Shown here: positions 1 through 11,402 of the stretch, in pieces
Position numbering within the stretch: position 1 is the stretch's first letter
How the letters are laid out: the number at the start of each line of letters is the position of its first letter
Origin: Takakia lepidozioides
Lineage: Eukaryota; Plantae; Bryophyta
Reading direction: 5' to 3'
Assembly (NCBI GenBank): GCA_030704615.1
Contig: CM060733.1
Span: 27,404,001-27,468,000, forward strand
Length of the DNA: 64,000 bases
Notes under the pieces: generated by a model
Told to the model about the DNA's origin: nothing
Seen by the model: the letters and a program-made list of their open reading frames with translations, nothing else
The model's database searches: none
Program-made: the position numbers and the translations under genes

Positions 1-213
1 AGAAAACAAATTCGAAACGGAACTTAACGATAACTTGGGGGCCGGGACATCCATACAAGAAACAGGACAAATCCTTCTTGAGCCGAGCCATATCATGGCA
101 CACTAAGCGTAACACGTGGCAGCCGGCTTAGGGACTAAGAAGAAATTCTTGCAAAGTAAAGTGGAGGGGCAAACCCTAGTGGAGGGGCAAGGGCCCCGGG
201 AAAATAGGGAGAG

Positions 214-228
214 AAAAAAATGCGAAAA
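214..228 (-). terminator. Pol III oligo-T terminator of 5S (present in every unit)
   Basis: TTTTCGCATTTTTTT immediately 3' of the 5S gene on the minus strand. Confidence 0.8.
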
Positions 229-346
229 GGGTGCAGCACCGGGACTTCCCGGGAGGTCACCCATCCCAGTACTATTCCGGCCCAAAGGCGCTTAACTTCA
301 GAGTTCTGATGGGATCTGGTGTAGTAGCCTTGGTATGACCGCACCA
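229..346 (-). rRNA. 5S rRNA gene (bryophyte-type sequence)
   Basis: Minus strand reads TGGTGCGGTCATACCAAGGCTACTACACCAGATCCCATCAGAACTCTGAAGTTAAGCGCC...AGTACTGGGATGGGTGACCTCCCGGGAAGTCCCGGTGCTGCACCC, with A-box and C-box, followed by an oligo-T terminator. Ends are +/-1 nt. Confidence 0.97.
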
Positions 347-372
347 CGACATCCACGCTTCTGGCTTGCTAC

Positions 373-377
373 TTATA
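373..377 (-). promoter_or_regulatory. TATA-like element about 27-31 nt upstream of the 5S gene (present in every unit)
   Basis: TATAA on the minus strand at the position typical of plant 5S upstream elements. Confidence 0.6.
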
Positions 378-936
378 CCACTGCCCACGCAAACAACACC
401 ACACTGCTCCCACTAGTATTTCCATGCCCCCTTTTGCTACTCTTCGTTGATGGTGCTCTTCTAGAACACCGCCATACATTATTTTTGCATGCTTACATGG
501 GTCGTGGGCTCTGCCCGGAAGGAGATTTCACAAGATTTTTTCTTCTTCTTAAAAACAATTTGAATTCAACGAAAAACGGACTTCAAGGTGCCGCCGGGGG
601 TGGAGCACCGCAAAATCACGCCTCAAATTATATGTTTCCGAACGAACGTGTTGTCTTTCCCCTGGTCACGCGAGACCGTGGCATGGCCAAACTAAAAAGT
701 GGTGAAGGAAACAAAATTCGAAACGGAACTTAACGATAACTTGGGGGCCGGGACATCCATACAAGAAACAGGACACAATCCTTCTTGAGCCGAGCCATAT
801 CATGGCACACTAAGCGTAACACGTGGCAGCCGGCTTAGGGACTAAGAAGAAATTCTTGCAAAGTAAAGTGGAGGGGCAAACCCTAGTGGAGGGGCAAGGG
901 CCCCGGGAAAATAGGGAGAGAAAAAAAATGCGAAAA

Positions 937-1054
937 GGGTGCAGCACCGGGACTTCCCGGGAGGTCACCCATCCCAGTACTATTCCGGCCCAAAGGCGCT
1001 TAACTTCAGAGTTCTGATGGGATCTGGTGTAGTAGCCTTGGTATGACCGCACCA
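937..1054 (-). rRNA. 5S rRNA gene
   Basis: Same sequence as the copy at 229-346. Confidence 0.97.
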
Positions 1055-1644
1055 CGACATCCACGCTTCTGGCTTGCTACTTATACACTGCCCACGCAAA
1101 CAACACCCACTGCTCCCACTAGTATTTTCCATGCCCCTTTTGCTACTCTTCGTTGATGGTTGCTTCTTCTAGAACACCGCCATACATTATTTTTGCATGC
1201 TTACATTGGGTCGTGGGCTCTGCCCGGAAGGAGATTTCACAAGATTTTTTCTTCTTCTTAAAAACAATTTGAATTCAACGAAAACGGACTTCAAGGTGCC
1301 GCCGGGGGTGGAGCACCGCAAAATCACGCCTCAAATTATATGTTTCCGAACGAACGTTGTCTTTCCCCTGGTCACGCGAGACCGTGGCATGGCCAAACTA
1401 AAAAGTGGTGAAGGAAACAAAATTCGAAACGGAACTTAACGATAACTTGGGGGCCGGGACATCCATACAAGAAACAGGACACAATCCTTCTTGAGCCGAG
1501 CCATATCATGGCACACTAAGCGTAACACGTGGCAGCCGGCTTAGGGACTAAGAAGAAATTCTTGCAAAGTAAAGTGGAGGGGCAAACCCTAGTGGAGGGG
1601 CAAGGGCCCCCGGGAAAATAGGGAGAGAAAAAAAAATGCGAAAA

Positions 1645-1762
1645 GGGTGCAGCACCGGGACTTCCCGGGAGGTCACCCATCCCAGTACTATTCCGGCCCA
1701 AAGGCGCTTAACTTCAGAGTTCTGATGGGATCTGGTGTAGTAGCCTTGGTATGACCGCACCA
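1645..1762 (-). rRNA. 5S rRNA gene
   Basis: Same sequence as the copy at 229-346. Confidence 0.97.
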
Positions 1763-2350
1763 CGACATCCACGCTTCTGGCTTGCTACTTATACACTGCC
1801 CACGCAAACAACACCACACTGCTCCCACTAGTATTTTCCATGCCCCTTTTGCTACTCTTCGTTGATGGTTGCTCTTCTAGAACACCGCCATACATTATTT
1901 TTGCATGCTTACATTGGGTCGTGGGCTCTGCCCGGAAGGAGATTTCACAAGATTTTTTCTTCTTCTTAAAAACAATTTGAATTCAACGAAAACGGACTTC
2001 AAGGTGCCGCCGGGGGTGGAGCACCGCAAAATCACGCCTCAAATTATATGTTTCCGAACGAACGTGTGTCTTTCCCCTGGTCACGCGAGACCGTGGCATG
2101 GCCAAACTAAAAAGTGGTGAAGGAAACAAAATTCGAAACGGAACTTAACGATAACTTGGGGCCGGGACATCCATACAAGAAACAGGACACAATCCTTCTT
2201 GAGCCGAGCCATATCATGGCACACTAAGCGTAACACGTGGCAGCCGGCTTAGGGACTAAGAAGAAATTCTTGCAAAGTAAAGTGGAGGGGCAAACCCTAG
2301 TGGAGGGGCAAGGGCCCCGGGAAAATAGGGAGAGAAAAAAAATGCGAAAA

Positions 2351-2468
2351 GGGTGCAGCACCGGGACTTCCCGGGAGGTCACCCATCCCAGTACTATTCC
2401 GGCCCAAAGGCGCTTAACTTCAGAGTTCTGATGGGATCTGGTGTAGTAGCCTTGGTATGACCGCACCA
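2351..2468 (-). rRNA. 5S rRNA gene
   Basis: Same sequence as the copy at 229-346. Confidence 0.97.
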
Positions 2469-3058
2469 CGACATCCACGCTTCTGGCTTGCTACTTATAC
2501 ACTGCCCACGCAAACAACACCACACTGCTCCCACTAGTATTTTCCATGCCCCTTTTGCTACTCTTCGTTGATGGTTGCTCTTCTAGAACACCGCCATACA
2601 TTATTTTTGCATGCTTACATTGGGTCGTGGGCTCTGCCCGGAAGAGATTTCACAAGATTTTTTCTTCTTCTTAAAAACAATTTGAATTCAACGAAAACGG
2701 ACTTCAAGGTGCCGCCGGGGGTGGAGCACCGCAAAATCACGCCTCAAATTATATGTTTCCGAACGAACGTGTTGTCTTTCCCCTGGTCACGCGAGACCGT
2801 GGCATGGCCAAACTAAAAAGTGGTGAAGGAAACAAAATTCGAAACGGAACTTAACGATAACTTGGGGGCCGGGACATCCATACAAGAAACAGGACACAAT
2901 CCTTCTTGAGCCGAGCCATATCATGGCACACTAAGCGTAACACGTGGCAGCCGGCTTAGGGACTAAGAAGAAATTCTTGCAAAGTAAAGTGGAGGGGCAA
3001 ACCCTAGTGGAGGGGCAAGGGCCCCCGGGAAAATAGGGAGAGAAAAAAAATGCGAAAA

Positions 3059-3176
3059 GGGTGCAGCACCGGGACTTCCCGGGAGGTCACCCATCCCAGT
3101 ACTATTCCGGCCCAAAGGCGCTTAACTTCAGAGTTCTGATGGGATCTGGTGTAGTAGCCTTGGTATGACCGCACCA
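3059..3176 (-). rRNA. 5S rRNA gene
   Basis: Same sequence as the copy at 229-346. Confidence 0.97.
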
Positions 3177-3766
3177 CGACATCCACGCTTCTGGCTTGCT
3201 ACTTATACACTGCCCACGCAAACAACACCACACTGCTCCCACTAGTATTTTCCATGCCCCTTTTGCTACTCTTCGTTGATGGTTGCTCTTCTAGAACACC
3301 GCCATACATTATTTTTGCATGCTTACATTGGGTCGTGGGCTCTGCCCGGAAGGAGATTTCACAAGATTTTTTCTTCTTCTTAAAAACAATTTGAATTCAA
3401 CGAAAACGGACTTCAAGGTGCCGCCGGGGGTGGAGCACCGCAAAATCACGCCTCAAATTATATGTTTCCGAACGAACGTGTTGTCTTTCCCCTGGTCACG
3501 CGAGACCGTGGCATGGCCAAACTAAAAAGTGGTGAAGGAAACAAAATTCGAAACGGAACTTAACGATAACTTGGGGGCCGGGACATCCATACAAGAAACA
3601 GGACACAATCCTTCTTGAGCCGAGCCATATCATGGCACACTAAGCGTAACACGTGGCAGCCGGCTTAGGGACTAAGAAGAAATTCTTGCAAAGTAAAGTG
3701 GAGGGGCAAACCCTAGTGGAGGGGCAAGGGCCCCCGGGAAAATAGGGAGAGAAAAAAATGCGAAAA

Positions 3767-3884
3767 GGGTGCAGCACCGGGACTTCCCGGGAGGTCACCC
3801 ATCCCAGTACTATTCCGGCCCAAAGGCGCTTAACTTCAGAGTTCTGATGGGATCTGGTGTAGTAGCCTTGGTATGACCGCACCA
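3767..3884 (-). rRNA. 5S rRNA gene
   Basis: Same sequence as the copy at 229-346. Confidence 0.97.
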
Positions 3885-4475
3885 CGACATCCACGCTTCT
3901 GGCTTGCTACTTATACACTGCCCACGCAAACAACACCACACTGCTCCCACTAGTATTTTCCATGCCCCTTTTGCTACTCTTCGTTGATGGTTGCTCTTCT
4001 AGAACACCGCCATACATTATTTTTGCATGCTTACATTGGGTCGTGGGCTCTGCCCGGAAGGAGATTTCACAAGATTTTTTCTTCTTCTTAAAAACAATTT
4101 GAATTCAACGAAAACGGACTTCAAGGTGCCGCCGGGGGTGGAGCACCGCAAAATCACGCCTCAAATTATATGTTTCCGAACGAACGTGTTGTCTTTCCCC
4201 TGGTCACGCGAGACCGTGGCATGGCCAAACTAAAAAGTGGTGAAGGAAACAAAATTCGAAACGGAACTTAACGATAACTTGGGGGCCGGGACATCCATAC
4301 AAGAAACAGGACACAATCCTTCTTGAGCCGAGCCATATCATGGCACACTAAGCGTAACACGTGGCAGCCGGCTTAGGGACTAAGAAGAAATTCTTGCAAA
4401 GTAAAGTGGAGGGGCAAACCCTAGTGGAGGGGCAAGGGCCCCCGGGAAAATAGGGAGAGAAAAAAAATGCGAAAA

Positions 4476-4593
4476 GGGTGCAGCACCGGGACTTCCCGGG
4501 AGGTCACCCATCCCAGTACTATTCCGGCCCAAAGGCGCTTAACTTCAGAGTTCTGATGGGATCTGGTGTAGTAGCCTTGGTATGACCGCACCA
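4476..4593 (-). rRNA. 5S rRNA gene
   Basis: Same sequence as the copy at 229-346; last copy before the insertion. Confidence 0.97.
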
Positions 4594-4705
4594 CGACATC
4601 CACGCTTCTGGCTTGCTACTTATACACTGCCCACGCAAACAACACCACACTGCTCCCACTAGTATTTTCCATGCCCCTTTTGCTACTCTTCGTTGATGGT
4701 TGCTC

Positions 4706-7700
4706 ATCGCGTGGGTCGCAGTTCGGGTCAACCTTTCCTCCCTCCTTCCGGAAAGCAAAGGTGGAGTTCTCCTTCACAAAGCAGTATGCATCGAACTGCT
4801 TCGTCTGCATACACAGGGGGAAAACGATTAGAAACCGAATGCGGCACCGCATTTGAAAACACCCAAGCAAATCAATGGACGAGTGCCAGTGTCGTAATCA
4901 CCTTCTTCCCTTCCGACCGAAGGCCCAGTGTGTTGATGCACGTCCACTTTTTTTTCAGAATCGGGACGGCGCTCTTGCGGGTCCACTTGGCAATTCCTGT
5001 CTGAGTGTTTTTTCCTCTGCTCGCCAGGACAACCACACAGCCTCTGTCGTCCAATACCATGCGGGCAAGCCCGAATCCTTTCTTCCAAAAGTCCTCCGAG
5101 TACCTGTTCCAAGATGGCAAAGCTTGCAGTCCTTCCACAGGCTCTCCGTCCGGAATATCCAAGATGATCATATCGCAAGACCACTCGGTGGCATTTCCGC
5201 CCTCCTGCAATCCTTGTCTGCACACACCCTCTCAAAGAACGAGACCATATTCTGAAATCCTGGGGTGTCGGAAGGCTCTTCGGCAGTCGCCTTCTTCAGT
5301 GCTCTGCCCTTCAGACCCTCCATGGTCTTCATGTATGCCAACTTGGCTGCCCGTCCATCCAAAGCCGCCAAGAAACTCTCATTTACACACTGGACTACTG
5401 TTTCGGGAGCCACTTTCGGCCTCTTCATTTCCACCGGCTCGAAGGGTGCCCCCCTGGGGGTTGAAGAGTGTCTTCTTTGCCGAGCTAGTTCTCGTGCCTC
5501 TCGTGACAACGGTGGGCACAGGGGAGGCAGCCTGCGTTTGGGGGGGTGGGCTGGTTGCAAAGTCTCCATCGGAGTCCTCTTCGTCACCCTCTTCCTGAAC
5601 AGGCTGTTTCTGCTTCTTCGTTTTGGCGGGTGTCACAACAGCTGCTCCTTGCTGGCGAGTCCTCTTCTTCGACCCCTTCTGTTGGGCCTGCACAGCTGCA
5701 TCCACCGTCTTTTGTGCCATCTCAGCTGCCTTTCTGGATTCTTCCATAGCAGCAGATTCCTTTGCCGACTTTGGCCCAGCAGGGACACGTCTTTCCTTTC
5801 TCTTCTCTTCTGCCAAGGCGTGCAGATCTTTCTCATACGTCAACAATACCGCCAGACATGTCCAGGTACCACGGGCATCCAACGAGATGCACGGGGATGC
5901 CATTGTTTCTGCATCTCGGGTGTGTAGACACAGCTTGGGCCCGCCACGGTCCAAGCCATGAAGAACGGGGGCTCTTGAGCCAGGGCCCCTGTCTGAAGGA
6001 GCACGTATTTCATATACCTGCAAGGCAGTCAGCATGCGTGAGCAAAAGTTGAGACCAACCTACTGGCAGAGTGCCACCGAAATTAAAAAATGCGAATGCG
6101 GTGCCGCATTTCCGAGACAAACCGAAAAACCAGGCTTCGCATACAAGGGCAGCTGTGCTTCACCTGTAAACAATTCGCATTGCAGCTTTCCCCGCTCCCT
6201 CCTGATGTGTAAACTCCACGCTCCTTCTTGTTGTCTGTAGCTCTCTGGCGAAAAGGTTGTCCTTGTACGCACATCTGAAACGTGTCACGTAGTCTTCCAA
6301 TGTCTGTGTTCCATCCCATTTGACGTACAAGCCGAACGAATTTGTGTGCATGACGACTTGCTCCTTCGCATTCGACATTACCTGCCATTCCCAAATCCAT
6401 TGTCACGTAGCAGTTCAGGGAATTCATGTCAGAAAAGCAAATCTGGGGAAGTACCTTGAATTACCTGGAACCACCAAGTCATACGGTTGAGCCACACATC
6501 CACTGCAAGGTCGGAAACTTCGAGTGGAAAAGACCACATTGTCCTTATGCTCTCGGATGCATTCCAGATCGACAGCCACCGTGTCTGCCATTTCCGATCC
6601 AATGTCAGGAGCTGCAAGAGAGTGGCAATGCTAGGAAGGAACTTCAGTGCATTGAAACCTCACCTTCTCTTTCGCCTCCACACATGCCGTTGAGAGGTGA
6701 TGCAGTTTCTCCAATTGCATGGTCGGCTGCATGGCCCGAGAATAGTGTTTTGCAATCTCGGGGATGAAGTCCTTTCCAAGTGTCGGATCTGCAATTGCCA
6801 CCAGCTTCACAAGCTTTGACTTGTATTTGGTTCTGGACTTGACACCGGCTTCCTTCAAGTGCTCAGTCAATGACTGCAACGTTTTGACCTGCCCCTCACT
6901 TTCCATGAAGAAGCGTTTGGCATGGGCCAAATCCAGCTTGATGTTTGACTGCCAACAAAAACATGTAGAAGCGTTACATTCGATTCATGTGGAAACATTA
7001 CTGAAAATGGGGGAAGGATGAGCAGAGGGAAATTGGAGCACGACTTACTTCGTATATCACCTCCACCATTCCATCCATAGTGAGACGATACCATGTCCGG
7101 TCTGTTTTTGCAACGGCTTTCTGAATGAGCTCCGGCTCCAGCATTTCCGCAAACATCTGCGGATCAGTGAGTCCAGTTTTCCTCACCCTGTACAGCATAT
7201 GTGCCATGTGGGTATGCATGTACGCATTCTCAGTGACCCTGCAAGGCACACTCTCCAGTTCAGTACACGGAAGCACGGAATCAAACCAGAATGGAAACCG
7301 AAATGCGGCACCGCATTTCGAACGTGCTAGGGAGGGTTTGAGTATCTTACGAGTTGAGGTCCGCCATGGCATTCTTGAGCAGGGAGGAGTCTGCCGCCTT
7401 CACCTTGAGGATGACACACTCCACCATGTAATGCCAGCCAATGTGCTTGGCATGGTTCTGCTTGATGTACTCCCACCAGGCGAGAAGTCGGTGATTCCCG
7501 TCCCACACAAAGAACATTTTACCCGACATATGGCCGAAGTCGGGATCACCCTTCAGCGTCGCCTCGAATTCGTGGTTGCGAGTGTGCCAGTGGGTATCCC
7601 ACGTTGACAATTCATCGGCAGTGGGTCCACGGGTTTCGCCGTCCTCATTCTCAATGGAAACGTAAAACGCTGCCGATCCCAGACGGTACCCTTCTCGAAA

Positions 7701-8786
7701 TGCGAACTTGAGCTTATCCACATCTCGGGAAGGGCCTGCCTGACGATGGGAAGGGAGACCATGCGACAGAGTGGGATTCGAAGAGTCCGCTGGAATACCC
7801 TGCTGCCCAGAACTCTGCCAATGCTACTGTGTGTCTCCTCCAACATTTTATCCGCTGCACTTTTGAAATCCTCCGGAGACATGTCTGTAGGTGCCGGTAG
7901 TGGCTGAGCAGCTGGAGCATCCTGAACTGGAGCTGCACTCTGGGGCCTGTCTGCGGGCAATTCTGCCATTGCAGAGGCCTCCTCCGGGCCTGCTTGCTCA
8001 TCGGTGGTGAGGTCTTGCTGCGAACGTTGAGCGGCAGCACCCTCCTCCGGTACCAAATCGAGATCAACGGTCGATCCCATTGCCTTCGCTGCAGCAGAGT
8101 CGGCCCCAACATCTGCAGGCGGGAAATCCTCCAGGAACTGAGCTTCAGCTCGTGGAAGCGGTTTTGCGGGAGATTGTTCGCCCGTCGCCCTGATTGCCTT
8201 CTGCTTCCTCATCCTTGCAGGTGAAGGTGTCTGCTGCAATTGAATCTGTCTTCTACCCTGCTGCTTCATTCGCGTTGGGGGGGGTGAATCGGCCTGAGCC
8301 GGTTCAGAAGCCAGTAGAGGGACGGGCTGCTTCTTCTTCGACTTTGCTGGAGAATGGCCCGACCCCTGCTGGCGATTCTCCATGATCGAAGAACGCGAGT
8401 CGATCTCTGGGACTTTGAACTTGCCCTTCGAAGACGCGTCTTTGAATCGCAGAGGGCTAGGCCCGGCAGGAATACCCGTGCTCGGGGATCGGGTGGGTGT
8501 ACGTGCTGCAGCTAGCTCCTCGGACTCTTCCTGCGGCTCTTTGGATTCCTGCGATCCCTCCAGCACGTCCACCTTTCCTGTTAGGCATGCAAACATGTTC
8601 TGCATTCAAGTCTCCTAGCATTCAGTCTAAGAATTACAGAAGCAAAATGGGGGGTTCGGTGCTCGATCAGCTGCGCGCAGCCCGATCGCATGGAGCTCTC
8701 ACTGGTGGCTGGGTTGCCTGAGTGGCCTGCTGCTCGGAGATGGCAATCTCCTCCTGTAGACGCATCTGCTTCCTCCCCTTCGGCAT
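4706..8786 (-). pseudogene. Multi-exon gene: low-complexity N-terminus + ParB/Srx-like domain + C-terminal N4C/N6A (beta-class) DNA methyltransferase-like domain; frameshifted and 3'-truncated
   Basis: Probable start MPKGRKQ (8786). ParB-like segment RIPLCRM..VRQALP/DVDKLKFAF..GY..MFFVWDGNHRLLAW (~7350-7790; 1-nt frameshift ~7725). GT-AG introns at ~7241-7350, ~6950-7048, ~6613-6663, ~6019-6153, ~4806-4901. MTase-like CDMIILDIPDG..WN....FW......LDDRGCVVV..WTCINTL (~4900-5190). Further frameshifts near 5220 and 5450. Confidence 0.65.
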
Positions 8787-9224
8787 TGGCCTACGTCCGA
8801 AGTATAATTTCCGGAGCTTGCGACGAGGTCTCCTGTCTGGTGCACGAACTCCCCCCCTCTCAGGTTCGAGCATAAGAAGAACAGAGAGAGGGAAATGGGG
8901 CAAAGAGTGCAGATGGAAAGGGCGCGAGAGGGGTGACTGAGGAGACACGACAAAAGTAGATGAAACGGCGGTGATGCACCACTTGGGTTCGAAAGGGTTG
9001 AAGGAAAGTGTCTCCTCGTGGAGTTTGCGTCATTACGAAATTCGAATCGTTCAGGGTACGCCTGCCGTCCGAAAAACAAACATCATTATCCAACGGTCAG
9101 GCCGCGCCGCCTCATGCCCCTTCAGTCAGATAGAGTGCCGACATGTGCAGCAATTCCGTTGCTCCACGTGTTCACATTTCAATGTATTTCCGTCCCAGCG
9201 TCTGATCAGTTGGAGCGAAAATGC

Positions 9225-10981
9225 GAATGCGGCGCCGCATTTCCGTTAAGTACCATCACAAAGCTACACATCCGTACTTGTTGGAGGAAAATGCGGCACC
9301 GCATTTCCGTTCCACCTTCACATACCTTAGTTGTTGAACGGAAATACGGTGCCGCATTTCCGTCCCACAGCTCCATGTATGAGATTCAAAAGGGAAATGC
9401 GGCGCCGCATTTCCGTTCTGGAATGTCGAAAGTGCGATTGGGACGGGAATGAGGCACAACATTTCAGTTCCCGTGGTTCATGATTTTCAATGTGAACGGA
9501 AATGCGGTACCGCATTTCCGTTCCCACTTCACATACGTTAGTTGATGAATGGAAATGCCGAGCCACATTTCCGTTCGGGAAAGTATAGAGGTCTCATTTG
9601 GACAGAAATGCGGTGCCGCATTTCCGGTCTGGAAAGTTTGAAGGTCTCACATGGATGGAAATGCGGCAACACATTTCCGTAGCACAGCTCCATGCCTCAC
9701 ATACAAAACCGAAATGCGGCGCCGCATTTCCGTTTTGGAATGTCGGAAGGTGCGACTCCGACGAAAATGCGGTACCGCATTTCAATTCCGATGTTTCAGG
9801 ATATTTCATCAGAACGGAAATGCGGTGCCGCATTTCCCTTTTGAATCTAATACATTCCGTTCTGGAATGTTGGGAGGTGCGACTCGGATGGAAATGCGCT
9901 GCCGCATTTCAGTTCCGATGGTTCACGATTTTCAGTCAGAACGGAAATGCGGTACCGCATTTCCGTCTGGAATGATGGTAGGTGCGACTCGGATGGAAAT
10001 ACGGTGCCGCATTTCAGTTCAGATGGTTCACGATTTTCAGTCAGAACGGAAATGCGGTGCCGCATTTCCGTTCTGGATAGTATGATTGTCTCAAGCGGTC
10101 GGAATTGCGCTGTATGAAGGTGTCGGAATCGCACTCGGCTCCATGCATCAGATACAAAATGGAAATGCGGCGCCGCATTTCCGTTCTGGAATGTCGAAAA
10201 GTGCGACTCGGACGGAAATGCGGTGCCGCATTTCTGTTCCCGTTGTTCATAATTCTCAATCAGAACGGAAATGCGGTACCGCATTTCCGTTCCACCTTCA
10301 CATACCATGCTTGTTGAATGAAAATGCGGTACCGCATTTCCGTTCTGGAGAGTATGAATGTCTTTTAAGGACGGAAATGTGCTACAACATTTCTATCCCT
10401 CAGCTCCATGCATCAGATACAAAATGGAAATGCGGCGCCGCCTTTCCGTTCTGAAATGTCGGAAAAGTGCGACTCGGACGGAAATGCGGTGCCGCATTTC
10501 TGTTCCCGTTGTTCATAAATCTCAATCAGAACGGAAATGCGGTACCGCATTTCCGTTCCACCTTCACATACCATGCTTGTTGAATGAAAATGCGGTACCG
10601 CATTTCCGTTCTGGAGAGTATGAATGTCTTTTAAGGACGGAAATGTGCTACAGCATTTCTATCCCTCAGCTCCATGCATCAGATACAAAATGGAAATGCG
10701 GCGCCGCCTTTCCGTTCTGAAATGTCGGAAAAGTGCGACTCGGACGGAAATGCGGTGCCGCATTTCTGTTCCTGTTGTTCATAAATCTCAATCAGAACGG
10801 AAATGCGGTACCGCATTTCCGTTCCACCTTCACATACCGAGCTTGCTGGATGGAAATGCGTTACCGCATTTCCGTTCTGGAGAGTATAAAGGTTTCCCCC
10901 GGACGGAAACTCGGTGCCGCATTTCCGTCGCTCTGGTGCATGACCAAGATGCAATACGGAAATGCGGCGCCGTATTTCCGT
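9225..10981. repeat. Array of ~33 palindromes GGAAATGCGGYRCCGCATTTCC, 53-bp period, 5-monomer (~266 bp) higher-order repeat
   Basis: Palindrome starts at 9287, 9340, 9393, ~9446, 9498, 9551, 9604, 9657, 9710, 9763, 9816 ... 10161, 10214, 10267, 10320 ... 10852, 10905, 10958. The ~266-bp block is repeated over ~10140-10850. Confidence 0.95.
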
Positions 10982-11402
10982 CCACCAGCAATCGAAAGAA
11001 TCACACGGGACGGGAAATCTGGAACCTGAATGGGTTGCATTGTTCCGAAACAACACAATTGCGGCCAGTCTTGATGAGCACAACTTGGTTGTCTGACCGT
11101 TTGAACCAGCAGTCCTCGTCAGTGCGAACGTTCCTGTCTGCACCGAGAATACTGCTGGATCCACTCTCAGGAGAAACTGTTAGGAGATGTTATTTCGTCG
11201 CCGAATCGGCCATCATTGTCATACTCACTGGCTATGGAATCAAACCTCCCACCTTCATGCATGTAGCTTGAAACAATACTTCCCACTTCAATGTGCGACT
11301 TCCAATCGTCGATGGACTCCGCAGATCCACTTAGATGGTGCCTGTGAGCCTTGGTCTGTCGCTAAACTGAACCTCGCACTTGCCAACTCCGTGCGGTGTT
11401 CC

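Larger units (their letters stand above)
1..4705 (-). repeat. 5S rDNA tandem array, left block (~6.6 units of ~708 bp; 118-119 bp gene + ~590 bp spacer)
   Basis: Near-identical units recur every 706-709 bp (5S starts at 229, 937, 1645, 2351, 3059, 3767, 4476); the array continues off the window start. Confidence 0.98.

Noticed and set aside
103-4603. Repeated short ORFs (MDVVVRSYQG..., MLTLGRGL...)
   Set aside because: They are translations of the 5S gene and spacer; homopolymer indels shift them between units.
1-4705. Cassandra TRIM or 5S-derived SINE
   Set aside because: Complete 5S genes with TATA and terminator in head-to-tail units; no LTR/PBS/PPT structure or poly-A tail.
4706-8786. 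Bacterial or phage contamination explaining the ParB/MTase motifs
   Set aside because: The gene has multiple GT-AG introns, is contiguous with plant 5S rDNA and has a second intron-containing homolog in the window.
9225-10981. CRISPR array (palindromic repeat plus constant-length ~30-nt spacers)
   Set aside because: The spacers recur as five classes in a higher-order repeat rather than being unique, there are no cas genes, and the context is intron-containing eukaryotic DNA.
9018-11271. ORFs with repeated EMRxRIS / KCGxAF / GNAxPHF peptides
   Set aside because: Artefacts of the 53-bp palindromic repeat: the same peptides appear on both strands and in all frames, and the period is not a multiple of 3.
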